Shown one piece after another: positions 24,472 to 34,784 of a stretch of DNA of 64,000 nt. A program made the position numbers and the translations under genes. Below the pieces are notes generated by a model. The model made no database searches. It was not told the DNA's origin and was given only the letters and a program-made list of their open reading frames with translations. This stretch comes from Chrysochromulina tobinii (lineage: Eukaryota), in the NCBI GenBank assembly GCA_001275005.1, contig JWZX01003391.1, positions 1-64,000 on the forward strand, in the 5' to 3' direction. Each line of letters begins with the position of its first letter. Position 1 is the first letter of the stretch.

Positions 24472-25329
24472 CTACATGTCGAGGCTTTGGGCCACTTTCG
24501 CCTCGTTCTGCTGCGCCTGCAGCAGGGTTGGCTCCACCTTCTTGACGTTGAGCGCCAGGGGCTCCACCTTGTTGTCCTCGTCCCACAGGTCCTTTTTCAG
24601 CTTGCCGAGCAGCTTCATCTCGGGCAGCTCCTTGGTGCATGCGACCACACGCACGCTCTGCGGTCCGCCCGCGCAGAAGCCCACGACGAGCGTCACCTCG
24701 GCGGGGACGGCCTCGATGGTGACCGAGCTAAGGATCTGGCCCGGGCTCGTGCCGAGCAGCTCAAGGGTCATCTCCTGGACCTGCATGTCCAGCATCATGT
24801 GCAGGCGCGCGCCACTCGTGAGCGGCTTGAGCATGAATGAGGTCGCCTTGCCCTTGACGAAGAATTTGCCAGTGCCGCACTCGAGCACGATCGAGTGAAG
24901 GGATTTGGCGAGTGGCTCGGACCAGTCCGAAGGCCAGAAATTCTTCCCAACGATGCCGATCATGGTCTCGGGCATCACCTCATCGAGTGCCAGCACGATG
25001 TGGTATATGTGTGGGTGCCGGCCGCCTTGCATCCACTCGCTGGTGAGCTGCGCGCCGCAGCCCGAAGCCGAGCGCGACGCGGTCGCGCCGTCGCCCGATA
25101 TGTTCACTGCCGGCCCCACCTTTGCGGCCGTCCACGCGAGCGGCACTTTCGTCTGCTCAAGGCGTGTCGGCGCCTCGGGTATTATGGGCGGCGGTGCCGG
25201 CAACGGCGGCAGACCGAGAGCGCCCTCTTCGTCCGGATTCTCCGACGGCAACGGTGGGAAGGGTGCGGCCGCCTTGGGCGGCGGAGGCGGTGGAGCGATG
25301 GCGGCGGCGACTGCCGCGTTGGCCATCAT
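24472..25329 (-). CDS. Pro-rich protein with SPRY/B30.2-like beta-sandwich domain
   Basis: VNISGDGATASR, TMIGIV, ARLHMMLDMQVQEMTLEL fit the SPRY pattern. Confidence 0.55.
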   Translation of the reverse strand: MMANAAVAAAIAPPPPPPKAAAPFPPLPSENPDEEGALGLPPLPAPPPIIPEAPTRLEQTKVPLAWTAAKVGPAVNISGDGATASRSASGCGAQLTSEWMQGGRHPHIYHIVLALDEVMPETMIGIVGKNFWPSDWSEPLAKSLHSIVLECGTGKFFVKGKATSFMLKPLTSGARLHMMLDMQVQEMTLELLGTSPGQILSSVTIEAVPAEVTLVVGFCAGGPQSVRVVACTKELPEMKLLGKLKKDLWDEDNKVEPLALNVKKVEPTLLQAQQNEAKVAQSLDM

Positions 25330-25511
25330 CGCGCGGAACCACAGGCGCGCGCGGCGCGTATGCGAAGACTACCGCGAACCGTTGGAACTCGCCGATCTAT
25401 TTGACGGAACACTGACGGAACATAAAAGCTCTTCACCGGATTTAAGGCGGGTCTTTCCGCTGCCTCAGTCCGTCAATCCGATTGTGCTCACCTTCGGGCG
25501 GGAGTCCTCGG

Positions 25512-26042
25512 ATGGCAACCCCGGTGGTCCGCGGTCTGCGCAGCGTCGCGTTCGCGTCCGCCCTCGCCACCACCCGCGCCTTTGCAACCCTTGCTCATAG
25601 ACGGCCGCTTGTGCCCATGCCACTTTTAGCCCATCCAACTGCCCTGCGCCTCTCACCTGCCTACCTCTCTGGAGCTCAGCCTGACATCTTCCGGCTGAGG
25701 CCTGCGACGCTGTATTGCGACGCCACTGTCTACAACGGCGTTGTGCATGCGGTCGAGGTGCCCGAGAGCGAAGATGGTAACATTTGCAGCCAGACGACGA
25801 GCATGCTGACACTCCTCGAAAAGACGCTCGTGGATGCTGGCAGCGGCAAGGGTCGGTTGCTCCAGGCCACCATCTACCTGGTCGACATGTCCGACTACGA
25901 CGGCATGAATGAGGTGTGGAAGGCGTGGCTTCCCGCGGGCTGCGCGCCCTCGCGCGCCTGCGTGCGGGTCGCCGGCCTCGCGCGTCCAGGTTGGCGCGTG
26001 GAGATTGCGGTGACGGCAGCGCAGGCTGCGTCTAAGCCATGA
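25512..26042 (+). CDS. Rid (YjgF/YER057c/UK114) family imine deaminase, YoaB-like, with organellar leader
   Basis: LLQATIYLVDMSDYDGMNEVWKAW, PSRACV (conserved Arg), GWRVEIAVTAA. Confidence 0.9.
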   Translation: MATPVVRGLRSVAFASALATTRAFATLAHRRPLVPMPLLAHPTALRLSPAYLSGAQPDIFRLRPATLYCDATVYNGVVHAVEVPESEDGNICSQTTSMLTLLEKTLVDAGSGKGRLLQATIYLVDMSDYDGMNEVWKAWLPAGCAPSRACVRVAGLARPGWRVEIAVTAAQAASKP

Positions 26043-26369
26043 GCCGTCAGCATGCGCGAACGGATGCGAACGAAGATGGCAGGCGCGACAGCCACGCGCC
26101 ACGCGCCCTGACTGTGTCCACACTCACACCGCCACGCCGTCGCTTCCTCCGTTCCTCGTCTCGAGACGGCTTGCCACTGGTCCCTGGAGATACCAATGAA
26201 GATACTCGACTTTTGCCGGGATATAAAGACAAGTGGTTGAAGAGTGTTGGGGGACCGCGACGAAACGGACTGTCAATCTGAATGAATGCCCTCATCAACG
26301 TGTTTCTCATTTCAACACATCCCGGGACGTTTGCAGAACCCAACGCCGGACCGTAAACGCCTGGCCGGC

Positions 26370-27122
26370 ATGCCGGGTGATACCGTCGTCATGGTATGCA
26401 CGCGCAATCGCCGCGCTTGTTCTCACCAGTCCTGCCGGATGCTCACCGCACCTCTCAACTTGACAGGTCCACAAGGCCAACGCGCAGACCTTCAACAAAG
26501 CGCCGAAATACCGTCCACCGAGGCAACGACCGATGTCTGCATCGATCAATCAGGAAGCAGTCAGGCGCCTGCCACCCGGCTTGGAGATACCCGGCTTTAC
26601 CGAGCCTAAGAAGAAGCGCCCGCAGTCCGCGCCGCTCTACTCAAAGGCCATGCCGAAGCTCGAGTTCCCCGAAGGGAAGAGCAACGCGCAGAAAACCATC
26701 GATGGCGAGTGAGTGACGCCAAGATGCGCGACGTGCACAAGCACGCCGCCAATCACCAACGGATGTCAACGCTTATCGCGTCTACGTGTGTGCTGGTCCG
26801 CAGGTATGGGCCTGCGATGAAAGGCGTCAGTTCGTACCCGTACTCGCGCAATCAGCTGCTCTACTTGAAGGACTTCCGCGTGCTGGTTGCGGGCACGATC
26901 ACGCACCCGTACATGGTCACGGCAGGTAAAGGCGCCTCCACACCGCACGATGTACTCTCGGGCTCGAACTTCGATGATGACAAGCTAGGCGGCTTCGCCA
27001 AGAAATGGCGGAGCGAGTACCGTGTGCAGTATACGATCGAAAAGGACGACTTCGGCACACGCATCGCCAAAGCCAAGAGTGCCGCGCCGTGCGGCGTGCG
27101 CTCTGAGCAGTATATCGCGTAA
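26370..27122 (+). CDS. Three-exon hypothetical protein (>=194 aa)
   Basis: Exons 26370-26393, 26467-26708 and 26804-27122; introns GTATGC..TGACAG (26394-26466) and GTGAGT..CCGCAG (26709-26803) both keep frame. The 5' end may extend further. Confidence 0.65.
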
Positions 27123-27988
27123 AACAGCGGCAGCTAGGGGCAGTAGCGGCTAGGGACAGCGGCGGCTAGGGACAGCATCAGCGGCGAGATCGCGCGCGCA
27201 GGGCGGCCGCAGAGCGCGCTTGCCCTGCAGCAGCAGCACAGCAGCAGCACTGGAGAAGAAAGGGCGATCAGCGCCAGGGGACAGGGGAACAGTCACAGAC
27301 GGTGCCCGTGCTGTATCCACAATGTATCACGTACGCGTGTTCGCATATGTAACGAGTAATCGCATGTACGTGGAGTCGTGACGTGACCAGGTGGAGTGCG
27401 TGTGCGTGAGAGTTTGTTGATGTGTCGTCGTGTGACGTGATGATTCGTGATCGTGTCGAGCGGAGACGGTGCTGTCACCTAATGTCGTTCTGACCGCACG
27501 TCAGTGGTGCAACGATCGGCAAGACCCCGAGACCCCGAACGTCTCGCGCAACGCCGCCCCCTCTCGGCGATTACGGTATACGGATCGGTGTCGCACCCCC
27601 AGTTTCCACGATCCCCACGTGTGAAGGAAACTTGGGGAGTTTCTCCACCTCGGCAACGCTTGGGACATAGAGACTCGGCCCCGTTCCAGATGCCACAAAA
27701 GCATAAACCGATAAAGTTCGCGGCGCCGCGGCGGGCGCTCACGACCTCACCGGTAAAAGTGTGTAGTCGTGATCTATACTAGCGTAGTGTCCACTCAAAC
27801 CACGGGACAGTTCGAGTCTTAGTTCGAGTCTGCACCACTTGCCAGTCGCGCGCGCGCTCAACACCGGGTCTCAAGTCTGAGAAGCTCGCACAGGGAGAAG
27901 TCCCGGCAGAACGAGGAGCTGAAGCTGATGAAGCTGAAGGCACTTTGAGCGTCTAGCGCCGCGTCCCATGATGCCGACGCCTCCCGGG

Positions 27989-29002
27989 CTATGCTGCCCA
28001 CAGCCCATCGCGCTTCCATTGCTCCATGATCTCCCAGTTGACCCCCGAGCCGCCACACACGACGACGACCACCTCGTCATGCTGCGCGAAGATCGGTCTG
28101 TACCTCTCGGCGGTGAGAAGGGCGATGGCGGCTCCGCAGGCAGGCTCAACAAGGAGCCTATGTTCGTTCAGGAGGAGCGCGCACGCGCTGACGGCCTCGG
28201 CATCGCTCACCGTGCACGCTGTCGTGGGGTGCTCCGCCGCTAGCCGCAGCGACGTCGCCGAGCACTGGAGCGCTCCAAGTGACGTGGCGACGGAGGTGAT
28301 CGCATTCAAGCGCACGGGCTTGCCGGCGGCGAAGGCGGCGGCGAAGCAGTTGGCGCCGTCCGTCTCGGCAGAGACGACGCGCACGTCGTGCCAGCCGTGC
28401 CGACGCATCCCAACATAGAGACCGTTGATCAGCCCGCCGCCGCCGACGCTTGCAACGACGGCGCCGGGCCGGATGCCCGCAGCCACGAGCTCGTCCACGA
28501 GTGACGAGTGCCCCTCCCAGAGCAGCTCGTGATCGTACGGCGGGATGTACTCGGCCGCCGGATCGGCCGCCACGAGCTCGCGCGCCAGTCCGTCCGCCTC
28601 GTTCCAGTTGGCGCCGTGCACCGTCACCTCAGCGCCTTGCGCACGGATCTTGTCGAGCATGATCCGCTTTGTTGTCGTCGGCACGATCACCTTCACGGAC
28701 ATGCCGAGCCTTCGGCCCATGGCCGCCACCGCGTGCCCGGCATTGCCACCCGATGAGCAGATGACGCTCGTCACGCCGCGCTCGCGCAGCGTCGAGCACA
28801 TGAAGGCCATCCCACGGTCCTTAAAGGAGCCGCTAGGCTGCAGCGCATCGACCTTCAGCAGCACGCGCGTGCCCACGGCGGCTGAGAGCGGTGCCGACTC
28901 GAGCAGCGGCGTCTGCGAGATCAGGCCCGGCGGCATGGATACCGTCGACGCGCATCGCCGCCGCGCGGCGGTCGCCGATCGGCGGCTAAAGAGCTTTTGC
29001 AT
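27989..29002 (-). CDS. PLP-dependent L-serine/threonine dehydratase (SDS-like)
   Basis: Motifs LQPSGSFKDRG (PLP Lys), CSSGGNAG, SVGGGGL, ITSVATSLGA, LVEPACGAA, VVCGGS; Arg/Ser-rich leader suggests mitochondrial targeting. Confidence 0.92.
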   Translation of the reverse strand: MQKLFSRRSATAARRRCASTVSMPPGLISQTPLLESAPLSAAVGTRVLLKVDALQPSGSFKDRGMAFMCSTLRERGVTSVICSSGGNAGHAVAAMGRRLGMSVKVIVPTTTKRIMLDKIRAQGAEVTVHGANWNEADGLARELVAADPAAEYIPPYDHELLWEGHSSLVDELVAAGIRPGAVVASVGGGGLINGLYVGMRRHGWHDVRVVSAETDGANCFAAAFAAGKPVRLNAITSVATSLGALQCSATSLRLAAEHPTTACTVSDAEAVSACALLLNEHRLLVEPACGAAIALLTAERYRPIFAQHDEVVVVVCGGSGVNWEIMEQWKRDGLWAA

Positions 29003-29204
29003 GTGCGAGCGGGAGACTGCCAAACTTCGGACCGGGACCTGTGAAATTGTTAGCCTGTTCGCACCCCCTCCCGCCCTCCCCTTCACCGAGGCCTCGAAAG
29101 AGCAACTAGAAAATTGTAAATAGCACAGATAAGGTATTTGCTTTCAGGCGTCAGCCTGTGGAAATTGTACCTCGGAGGAAGTGGGCGCTCGACCACGCGG
29201 CATC

Positions 29205-30068
29205 TCACTTCGCCTTCGTGTAGCCGAGGCGCATCAAGCGCATGTCGTGCGCTCGCATCGCCACCCACTCCGCCGAGACGAGGTCACCGATCCGATCCTC
29301 TTCGGTCGACTGAGAGCGCACCGCAGCGAGGTAGCTCGTACGACGGGCCTCGTAGCTGCTAGTCCATTTGGCAAGGTACTCCGAATATTTGACGTTGGGC
29401 TGATTCAGCCCAAGCGCCTTGCGCGCGAGGGAGTTGTAGATTGGCACCTCGAGGCCGAGCATGCAGAGCAGCTTGCTCGCGGCGGATAAGTTCCTTTTCT
29501 GGAAGGTCGCTTCGATGAGGTCGGCAAAGCCGTCGACGGCGGCGACGACTCGTTCGTCGTCCGTGCGCTCCAGAACCCGCGCACCTTGCTGCAGGTGCTG
29601 CACCATGGGCAGCATGCACTGAATAACCTTGGCCCTCCGCACCTTCACTTCTTCGGCCCGATTAGTTGCGCCGCTGTTTGTTTTGGGCATGCCGCAGTTA
29701 GATGCAGAGAAGCAGCGTCCAACTCCATAGCAAATGACGACGCTGTGGAGAGCCTCCGCTTGCGCCGTTTCGGCGACTTTGGCCTTCACAAGCGTCTGCA
29801 TCATCTGCACCAATATCATGTCGGTCGTGTGCTCCTTGTCAGAGCCGCCACCCCTGGTTTTCTCGCCGTTGCGCCACCGTTCAAGGTACTCCTGCAAGTC
29901 GCTCGCACAGGTGACCGCATCGACCAAATCGGACTCTGCGAGGTGTTGCGCTTTCGTCGGTGACGCATGGGACTTTGCACGACGCTGCGCCTTCGTCGTC
30001 AAAGGCTCCTCGTCGGAGGAGGCGGCGCTGCGCTGCGCTGCGCTAGAGCGCTTCATGCACGAGCCCAA
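29205..30068 (-). CDS. Hypothetical protein with HhH-GPD/DNA-glycosylase-like C-terminal motifs
   Basis: Intronless 287-aa ORF; LSAASKLL-x6-PIYNSLARKAL-x8-YSEYLAKW...MRAHDMRL. Confidence 0.5.
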   Translation of the reverse strand: MGSCMKRSSAAQRSAASSDEEPLTTKAQRRAKSHASPTKAQHLAESDLVDAVTCASDLQEYLERWRNGEKTRGGGSDKEHTTDMILVQMMQTLVKAKVAETAQAEALHSVVICYGVGRCFSASNCGMPKTNSGATNRAEEVKVRRAKVIQCMLPMVQHLQQGARVLERTDDERVVAAVDGFADLIEATFQKRNLSAASKLLCMLGLEVPIYNSLARKALGLNQPNVKYSEYLAKWTSSYEARRTSYLAAVRSQSTEEDRIGDLVSAEWVAMRAHDMRLMRLGYTKAK

Positions 30069-30192
30069 TACGGCGCGGGATCGGTTGACGCGGCGGAATT
30101 CAGCCTAATACAAAGACTCTTATACTAAGCCCCAACCATGAACCCGAACCCCCAAACTAAGCTCAGGCCAACCTAACGTTATCCAGGTGACC

Positions 30193-33100
30193 TCAGTCTT
30201 CCTCATCGCTGCTGTCCACGGGCATCGGCATCACCAACTCTTCATCGTCTCGAAAGCCGCGCTCCTCGGCCTCCTCAGGCGTGAGCATCAAAAAGGGCGA
30301 ATTCGCAGCAACAAGCGGAGCGACCGGAGCGACCGGAGCGACCGGAGCGACCGTAGCGACCGGAGCGACCGGAGCGACCGGAGCGGGAAGCAGTGCGACC
30401 GACGCGGCCGGTGCGGCCGGCAGCGCGACCGGCGCGTTCGGCGTGGCCTGCTCCTCCTCATCAACCGCTTCGGCCTCTGCCCATGCAGAGGGCTCCTCTT
30501 GGACTTCGTCAATGAACGCGATCATCACGTAGCGCAAACCGCTGGTCACCGGCTTGGCCCCGTGCAGCAGCTGGCCGCAGCTACAGAGGCAGTCGCCCCG
30601 GCCCGTGTGGTACGTCGCGTCGAGTGGCGGTGCAAAGGTCGTACCGCCACCCTCAAAGTCAGATGGATCTGAGAGCAGGATGACGCAGTTGAGTAGGGTG
30701 CCGTCCCTGTGCATACCCAGCCCCGCCTGCCGGGGGCGAGCCGGCCTACCGGCCATCGCGCCTGCGCCGTCAGGCCCGCGCGAGCTGGCCTCCGACGTCG
30801 CCTCCGAAGCATCGGGCGCCGTCTCGGGCGCCGCCACGGGCGCCGCCACGGGCGCCGCCTCGGGCGCCGCCTCGGGCGCCTCATACTTGACTATGAAGGC
30901 CTCCTTGACGCGCAGCGGGCCGGTGGCGTACTCGGACTGCATGCGCGGCAGCACGATCCCGTCGAGCAGCTGCTTGATGCCTTGGTACGTGCGCGGGGAG
31001 AGGTCGTACACAGGAAGGTCGACGGTGGGGTAGTGCCGGTGGCGCGTCGACTGCCAGCCGCGCCGTAAAGCTTCCTTTTCCGAGGCGGCGATGAGGCCGA
31101 CACACGCCGCCTCGCTCAGCACCATGGCGAGTGTGAACGGGACGTGCAGGGGCGGCCGGCTCTCGATGGCGAGGCGCTGTCTCGAGCGGGTGCGTATGGA
31201 GATGGACTCGACCAGCTCGAAGCCGCGTAGCTCCTGCTCAGACGGCATAGGCGCCTCAGCTACCTTGGCTACCGGTACGGCATGGGCTGCCGCGTCTGCC
31301 ATGCCGTAACGGGCGCCGTGCCGGGCGATCGTGGTGGCAAGGCTCGTGTGCCCACGCCGATAAGCCAGCAGAGCCGGCGTCGCACCTTGCCAGTCTTCTC
31401 GGAGCGGATCAGCACCGGCCGCGAGCAGAGCCCGAACAGTCGGCCAATGTCCCGATGCTGCCGCGAGGTGAAGCGGGGTGCGCCCTCCCGGTTCGCCCAA
31501 GGAGGCGACGTCGCGCGTCGTCGCGTGCACATCGGCACCCGCTTCGAGCAGCGGCGCTATGAGCTCCGACTGCCCGAGGTTGGCCGCGAAATGCAGCGCG
31601 GTGAACCCATCGACGTCGTCCGCGTTCACCTCGAGGTGCTCGCGCCCGGTCCGGCGCGATCCAGTGCCGACCCTGTCCCGGGCAGCGGCGGCGGCAGCAG
31701 CAGTGGTGGCGGCGGCGGCGGCGGCGCTCGCGGCGGCGCGCGAGTGGCCGCAGAGGAAGCAGAGGGCGCACGCGCGCATGCCCGCGCTCGTCAGGTAGAG
31801 GAGGGCAGGCTCCCCACGGATCCGAGGCGGCGGCACGCCTCCGAGATTCCCTCCGAGATTCCCTCCGAGATTCCCTCCGAGATTCCCTCCGAGATTCCCT
31901 CCGAGATTCCCGCCGCCACCGCCCCCAGCCGGGCGGTCCTCATCGCACCCGCGCTCATCTCGACGCTCATCTCGACGCTCATCGCTCTCATCGCTATCGT
32001 CATCTTCGCGTGGCAAACGCTCCCTAAGTCGCGGTACCCACCGCCTCAGCTCGCGCGCCGCGCGCCAGTCACCACCATTCGACGAGAGCTCCCTCAGCGC
32101 CATCTCGAGCACTTCCTCCGCCGCAGCGTCGTACGAGTCCGGGTTCGTCACTCCCGAGTCCGGGTTCGTCACTCCCGAGTCCGGGTTCGTCACTGCTGAG
32201 TCGGCGGCAGCCGAAAATCTCGGGTCGCCACCCACCACAGGCAACGAAAGCCCAACGGCTCGGAGGCGCACGAGAGAAGGCGGGCACGGTCCCGCCTGCC
32301 GCCAGGGCAGCCGACGCACTCGAATGTCCGGATGCATGAACGGAAAGCCCACGAGGGCACCGATCCGGCGCCAATCTGGCGTGAGCTCCCGCAACCGCCG
32401 CAGAGGGGTGTAGCCCACTCGCAACTCCCTTGAGGTATCCGCAGCGGCACCGGCTGACCTTTTGGCGCCACCGTCGATCGACGAGACCGCCACGCTGCCT
32501 GCCTCGCCCCTCAAGTCACTCAACAGGGCAGCACACGCCGGTGAGCGCTCGACGGCTTCCACCGGCTCGGCCACCTCGAGCTGCACCAGCGGCTCCGGCA
32601 GATCAGAGAGCAGACCCAAGAGAGCCTCCGGCAGACGCTCGCAGCCCGAGGGTCGGTGGCTCAACCACAGGTTGACCAGCAGCGTCGAGCGCACGTACGG
32701 CGCTGTGTCGGGCGCGCCGAGCTCGTGCAGCGCGCCGTGGAGTAGCCGACCGTCGAACGCGAGGTGCTTGCCCGGCAGCGGCTGCGAGATAAACGCGCAC
32801 TGGTCCGTGCCAGCACGCACGGCGCGCCCATGTGCGTCCGCGGCGGCGGGCAGCACGACCGTCGGCGCGCCGTGCGAGCCAAGGTACGTAACGGTCGCGA
32901 GCCACGGCGGGATGTGCTCACCCGAGCTCGCCTTATGGGTTTCGTCAGAGTCCCAATGCAGCGCAATCGTCGGAGAGCCGCCCGAGGAGCGCACCTGGAC
33001 CCAGAACTCCGCTCCGAGGCACGGCGGCGAAGCGCTCGGAAGGCGGGCAGCGTGGAAGCGTAGGATGCCGAGGGCGACGCGCTCCAAGGAGCAACGTGGC

Positions 33101-33444
33101 ACCGCGTCCTTGTCGATCCAAAAGGTCTGCGCGACAACATGCGCCGCGTCCTCCTCGAGTGCGCGCCATGCGGACTGGAGTGGGATGGCTCCGTGCCAGA
33201 CGGCCACGCACGCGCCGCTCCGCGCTGCGTTGCGCAAAAATGAGCCGTGAGGCGATGGCGACGTTGTGCGCAGCTGCCCAATACCATCCTCGTCGTCCTC
33301 CTCCTCGGAGAGCTCTGCAATGTCGAGTGGACCAATAGCATCTGGATGCTGAGGAGCAACGTCTCTGTCAGCCAAGGCATTGGCGCTCGCGCCTCTCAGG
33401 CTGCACTTCACTAGCGATTCGGCTAAGGCTGCGCCATCAGCCAT
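30193..33444 (-). CDS. 2OG-Fe(II) oxygenase-like domain + ankyrin repeats + PLOD/P4H-type 2OG-Fe(II) oxygenase
   Basis: N-domain AEFWVQ..LHWDSDE..TVTYL..FDGRLLHG..RSTLLVNLW; ankyrins GFTALHFAA and GRTPLHLAA; C-domain AFIVKY..MHRDG..DFEGGGTTF..HGAKPVTSGLRYVMIAF. Confidence 0.8.
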   Translation of the reverse strand: MADGAALAESLVKCSLRGASANALADRDVAPQHPDAIGPLDIAELSEEEDDEDGIGQLRTTSPSPHGSFLRNAARSGACVAVWHGAIPLQSAWRALEEDAAHVVAQTFWIDKDAVPRCSLERVALGILRFHAARLPSASPPCLGAEFWVQVRSSGGSPTIALHWDSDETHKASSGEHIPPWLATVTYLGSHGAPTVVLPAAADAHGRAVRAGTDQCAFISQPLPGKHLAFDGRLLHGALHELGAPDTAPYVRSTLLVNLWLSHRPSGCERLPEALLGLLSDLPEPLVQLEVAEPVEAVERSPACAALLSDLRGEAGSVAVSSIDGGAKRSAGAAADTSRELRVGYTPLRRLRELTPDWRRIGALVGFPFMHPDIRVRRLPWRQAGPCPPSLVRLRAVGLSLPVVGGDPRFSAAADSAVTNPDSGVTNPDSGVTNPDSYDAAAEEVLEMALRELSSNGGDWRAARELRRWVPRLRERLPREDDDSDESDERRDERRDERGCDEDRPAGGGGGGNLGGNLGGNLGGNLGGNLGGNLGGVPPPRIRGEPALLYLTSAGMRACALCFLCGHSRAAASAAAAAATTAAAAAAARDRVGTGSRRTGREHLEVNADDVDGFTALHFAANLGQSELIAPLLEAGADVHATTRDVASLGEPGGRTPLHLAAASGHWPTVRALLAAGADPLREDWQGATPALLAYRRGHTSLATTIARHGARYGMADAAAHAVPVAKVAEAPMPSEQELRGFELVESISIRTRSRQRLAIESRPPLHVPFTLAMVLSEAACVGLIAASEKEALRRGWQSTRHRHYPTVDLPVYDLSPRTYQGIKQLLDGIVLPRMQSEYATGPLRVKEAFIVKYEAPEAAPEAAPVAAPVAAPETAPDASEATSEASSRGPDGAGAMAGRPARPRQAGLGMHRDGTLLNCVILLSDPSDFEGGGTTFAPPLDATYHTGRGDCLCSCGQLLHGAKPVTSGLRYVMIAFIDEVQEEPSAWAEAEAVDEEEQATPNAPVALPAAPAASVALLPAPVAPVAPVATVAPVAPVAPVAPLVAANSPFLMLTPEEAEERGFRDDEELVMPMPVDSSDEED
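31838..31910 (-). repeat. 12-bp tandem repeat encoding (GGNL)x6
   Basis: CCCTCCGAGATT units directly visible. Confidence 0.9.
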
Positions 33445-33846
33445 CGAGCTTCTCACGAGGCGACGCCACGCACGCACTCACCCGAGCGGCGGCCTTCTTC
33501 TCTCGTCGCGGTCGTCCTCTCGCGGGTCGCGTCGCTCATCACAAGACTGTCCAAGTTTGGGCTTACTTGTTAACAGTGAAAGTTGGTTCTTCACGTTCAC
33601 GTTAAATTTCCATCTCGGTGGTTCTTGCAAAGCTCGGTTCTCGTTGTGAATAGAAGATCCCCGATTATTCCCCCCTCCGCCCCCTCCTCCATTGCCGCCA
33701 CGACGTCCTCGGTCCTTGCCCCCCGGCCCCGCCTCGTCGGTCGTCGCCCACCTCGACGCCTCCGTCTCTGCCAACCTCCACCGTCTCGGGTCAGGTGCAA
33801 GTCAGGTGGAATACCCCAACCTTTGTCGTATATATTTAGAACGCAA

Positions 33847-34611
33847 CTACTGTGGGAGACTGAGCGTATCTAGCCGCCATAGCGACAGTTTTTTCGTTCT
33901 GCGAATCCTCCGACCGCTGTCCGTGTAATCGTGCTCAGTGATGTCCCATTCTGATTTCGGGAGGTTGTACGGCGCAGTGTGAAGGTTCAATCCGCGCACC
34001 CCCCCTTCATTGAGCTCCTTGCCAAACGGCTTCGACGTTGGGATGTCCGAGTTTGTATGAACAAGGTGCGGTGTATGCGTTGCCAAGAGCCAGCGGCTGC
34101 CAGTGCGCTTCAGATTTCGGAGCGCTGCCAGGACCTTGTCAGAAGACAAGTGGAAGAAGACGTCACGCGCCATGACAAGGTCGTGAGCACCGACGAGCTC
34201 GGGATAGCCTGGGTCGGTCATGTCGGCATGGATGAATCTCCACTGAGGGTGCCCGGGTCGAAGCGTCTTCTCGTGCCTCTCGATGAGGGAGCCGACAATG
34301 TCAGTCCCAGTGTAGTTGAGAGGTGGCGATGCCGGGCGCTTCGCCAAACCGTTCACTTCGCGCAGCTCATCGATCACCTCGAGTGTGGCGGGCATCCACT
34401 CCATCGCGCCGCATGCAGCGTCCAAGAAAGAGTCAATGCCGTGACTCATGACAAAGACTGCCAGCGCAGTGGAGAGGCGGCGAGTCGACATCTGCGAGGA
34501 TCCCGGCCCGGAACCACCGCCAGATTTGCCCCAAACTTTGTCGGCATACACGCGGTCAAATCCTGAGCTTGGGCGCATGCGCATGGTGGCTTCAGGAGCC
34601 CCTCGCACCAC
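33847..34611 (-). CDS. Class I SAM-dependent methyltransferase
   Basis: FDRVYADKVWG..SGPGS, FLDAACGAMEWM, YTGTDIV, DLVMARDVFFHL, LNLHTAPYNLP; start uncertain. Confidence 0.8.
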   Translation of the reverse strand: MVRGAPEATMRMRPSSGFDRVYADKVWGKSGGGSGPGSSQMSTRRLSTALAVFVMSHGIDSFLDAACGAMEWMPATLEVIDELREVNGLAKRPASPPLNYTGTDIVGSLIERHEKTLRPGHPQWRFIHADMTDPGYPELVGAHDLVMARDVFFHLSSDKVLAALRNLKRTGSRWLLATHTPHLVHTNSDIPTSKPFGKELNEGGVRGLNLHTAPYNLPKSEWDITEHDYTDSGRRIRRTKKLSLWRLDTLSLPQ

Positions 34612-34784
34612 AATGCACTCCGACGGCGTCGCGGTCGCTCGAAAGAGGTTGCGACCGCGAGTGCCTCATGAACTTTCATACGCACGCGGCATCTTACACA
34701 GCTTCGTGGTCAACTTCAAAACAGTTTCAAAACATACGGAGGCGCGGTCAGGCACGAGTGGAGTTTTTTGCTCTCGAGCGTCGC

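Noticed and set aside
26043..26369. Antitoxin upstream of the RelE-like candidate
   Set aside because: No convincing ORF; the region may hold further 5' exons of the same gene.
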